From positions 3,296,001 to 3,360,000 of the forward strand of contig OX638351.1 of assembly GCA_951813565.1 (NCBI GenBank): a stretch of 64,000 nucleotides of DNA, read 5' to 3'. Numbering within the stretch: the stretch's first letter is position 1; each line of letters begins with the position of its first letter. The position numbers and the translations under genes are program-made. The stretch is from an uncultured Poribacteria bacterium. Lineage in GTDB: Bacteria; Poribacteria; WGA-4E; WGA-3G. The notes below the pieces were generated by a model, which was not told where the DNA came from, did no database searches, and worked only from the letters and a program-made list of their open reading frames with translations. This document shows, piece by piece, positions 62,634-64,000 of the stretch.

Positions 62634-62892
62634 TCGTCTCCTCTCCTTATCATAAATTTCTATAAAAATCTGCCAAATAGATATAATACATTATACTATA
62701 ACGTTTTGTCAAGCAAATTGTTTAAAAAAAAATGAATTTATTGTGAATTTTGCTAAAAAAACCCAAAAAAACAATCTACGTTTCATTTTTCTGAAAATTC
62801 GAACTTATATACAGAATTTTGGTCTAATAGAATAATACGACAATTCATAGCAACTATTTACAAGGGCATATATGAAACTTGTCTTCTGGTAA

Positions 62893-63222
62893 CTATACTT
62901 TGGACAATTTTAGTTGTTTTCGTGAGGTTGGGTTAGACAGAAACATCTTAGAAATATATATAGTTTTCATATTATGCACCTGTCGCCCCGCTGGGGCTGC
63001 CCAAAAGGTATTTTTGGACGAGTTCTTTCAGCCAGCAAAATCGCAGAAAATATAAATACTATAAGATGACACCTTAGCCCCAGGGGGCGATAGGTGTATA
63101 GAAGAAGGTAATTGCCGCTGTCTAAAGCCCCCGCGGGGCGACAGGTGTCCAATATTTTGCTTTGGACACCTAACAGTTTCTCAGCAAGTCCTCAAACAGT
63201 ATGTAAATTGTCCAAACTATAG
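62893..63222. mobile_element. MITE family C, copy 2
   Basis: CTATACTTTGGACAATTT / AAATTGTCCAAACTATAG; 9-bp duplication TTCTGGTAA (62884-62892, 63223-63231). Confidence 0.85.
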
Positions 63223-63267
63223 TTCTGGTAAATGACTACAAGTTTAAGTAAATGTCTATTAATTTAA

Positions 63268-63452
63268 CCTAAGTTGCTACGGACAAGATTTCAAGTTAGC
63301 AAACACTGCTTTTTACTGAAAAAACAAGGCTTTTCGCTGATTCTTATGTTTTTTGTTCTAAAATCCAAATCAACACCAAATGCGCGTTTGGCATTTGGCG
63401 GGGTTAGAAACCCCTCCTACAAGAGCATTTGCGGAATAGGTGGCAACTTGGG
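63268..63452 (-). mobile_element. MITE family A, copy 3
   Basis: Reverse complement of 22471-22621 plus an internal insert; flanks TTAATTTAA / TTAATTTAC. Confidence 0.85.
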
Positions 63453-63893
63453 TTAATTTACATGGGTTTGAAATATAAAACGTCACAATTAAATTTAATT
63501 CCGCATTAATGCAAAAAGATCAGATAAGGTGGATTTTAACGTAGGTACGGTGATAAAATTTAATTATGATGTAAAAACGTTTTGGTAGGTATATTAAACC
63601 TATTGCCAATTTGTTTCGTCTTAAAATGGGTCACACATACAGTAAACCGTCCGTCATTGCTTTTTCAAGACATGGATTGAGAAAGTATCAATAATTCCCC
63701 GATAAGGTATTAATCCCAGTAAGATATTATTTTCTTGGCACGAAACCGCAATCGTGGTGGTAGAGATTAAATGTATTGGTAAACGAAAAATTATAGTAAG
63801 TATATTTGAGCAGTTGAATTCTAAGCTATGTTAACTTACGCTGCGTCAAAAAATACTGGTTAATCTGAAAATCAATAAGGAACTATTTATACT

Positions 63894-64000
63894 ATGTACG
63901 GTGCATCACAAAAAAAATCGCTCGTTGAAGTGTTACGGGAAGCAGACCTAATTTCAGAACAGGAATATCATCAAATTCATGAGAAAATTCTGGCAGGTTG
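63894..64000 (+). CDS. Partial gene at the window edge, possibly a GspE/PilB MshEN-like N-terminus
   Basis: AAGGA RBS-like sequence; MYGASQKKSLVEVLREADLISEQEY. Confidence 0.4.
   Translation, partial: MYGASQKKSLVEVLREADLISEQEYHQIHEKILAG

Noticed and set aside
1..64000. tRNA, rRNA or riboswitch genes, including selC
   Set aside because: None recognised by eye; a covariance-model scan would be needed to exclude them

Overview
Bacterial chromosomal window. The gene content (signal-peptide WD40 propellers, LamG, TolB-like, PhyH dioxygenases, FGE-sulfatase, and a shared C-terminal TWxxIK tail) suggests Candidatus Poribacteria; this is an inference. Housekeeping genes (pepA, gpmI, prs, pepP, nfuA, sigma factors, Opp ATPases, TolC-MFP-ABC) are interspersed with four IS elements (IS701, IS630, IS1634, ISKra4-like), an IS3 remnant, several MITE families with clear target-site duplications, GTAG-type REP-like palindromes, toxin-antitoxin modules and a nuclease-STAND NTPase. 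The top observation is a secreted discoidin-like gene (52716-53411) with one in-frame TGA directly after a Cys codon, followed at once by a SECIS-like hairpin: a candidate Cys-Sec selenoprotein. The second is a C-terminal motif shared by five proteins of several different folds, next to a PorV-like barrel, which suggests a lineage-specific sorting system. All family assignments come from motif recognition by eye; no searches were run.
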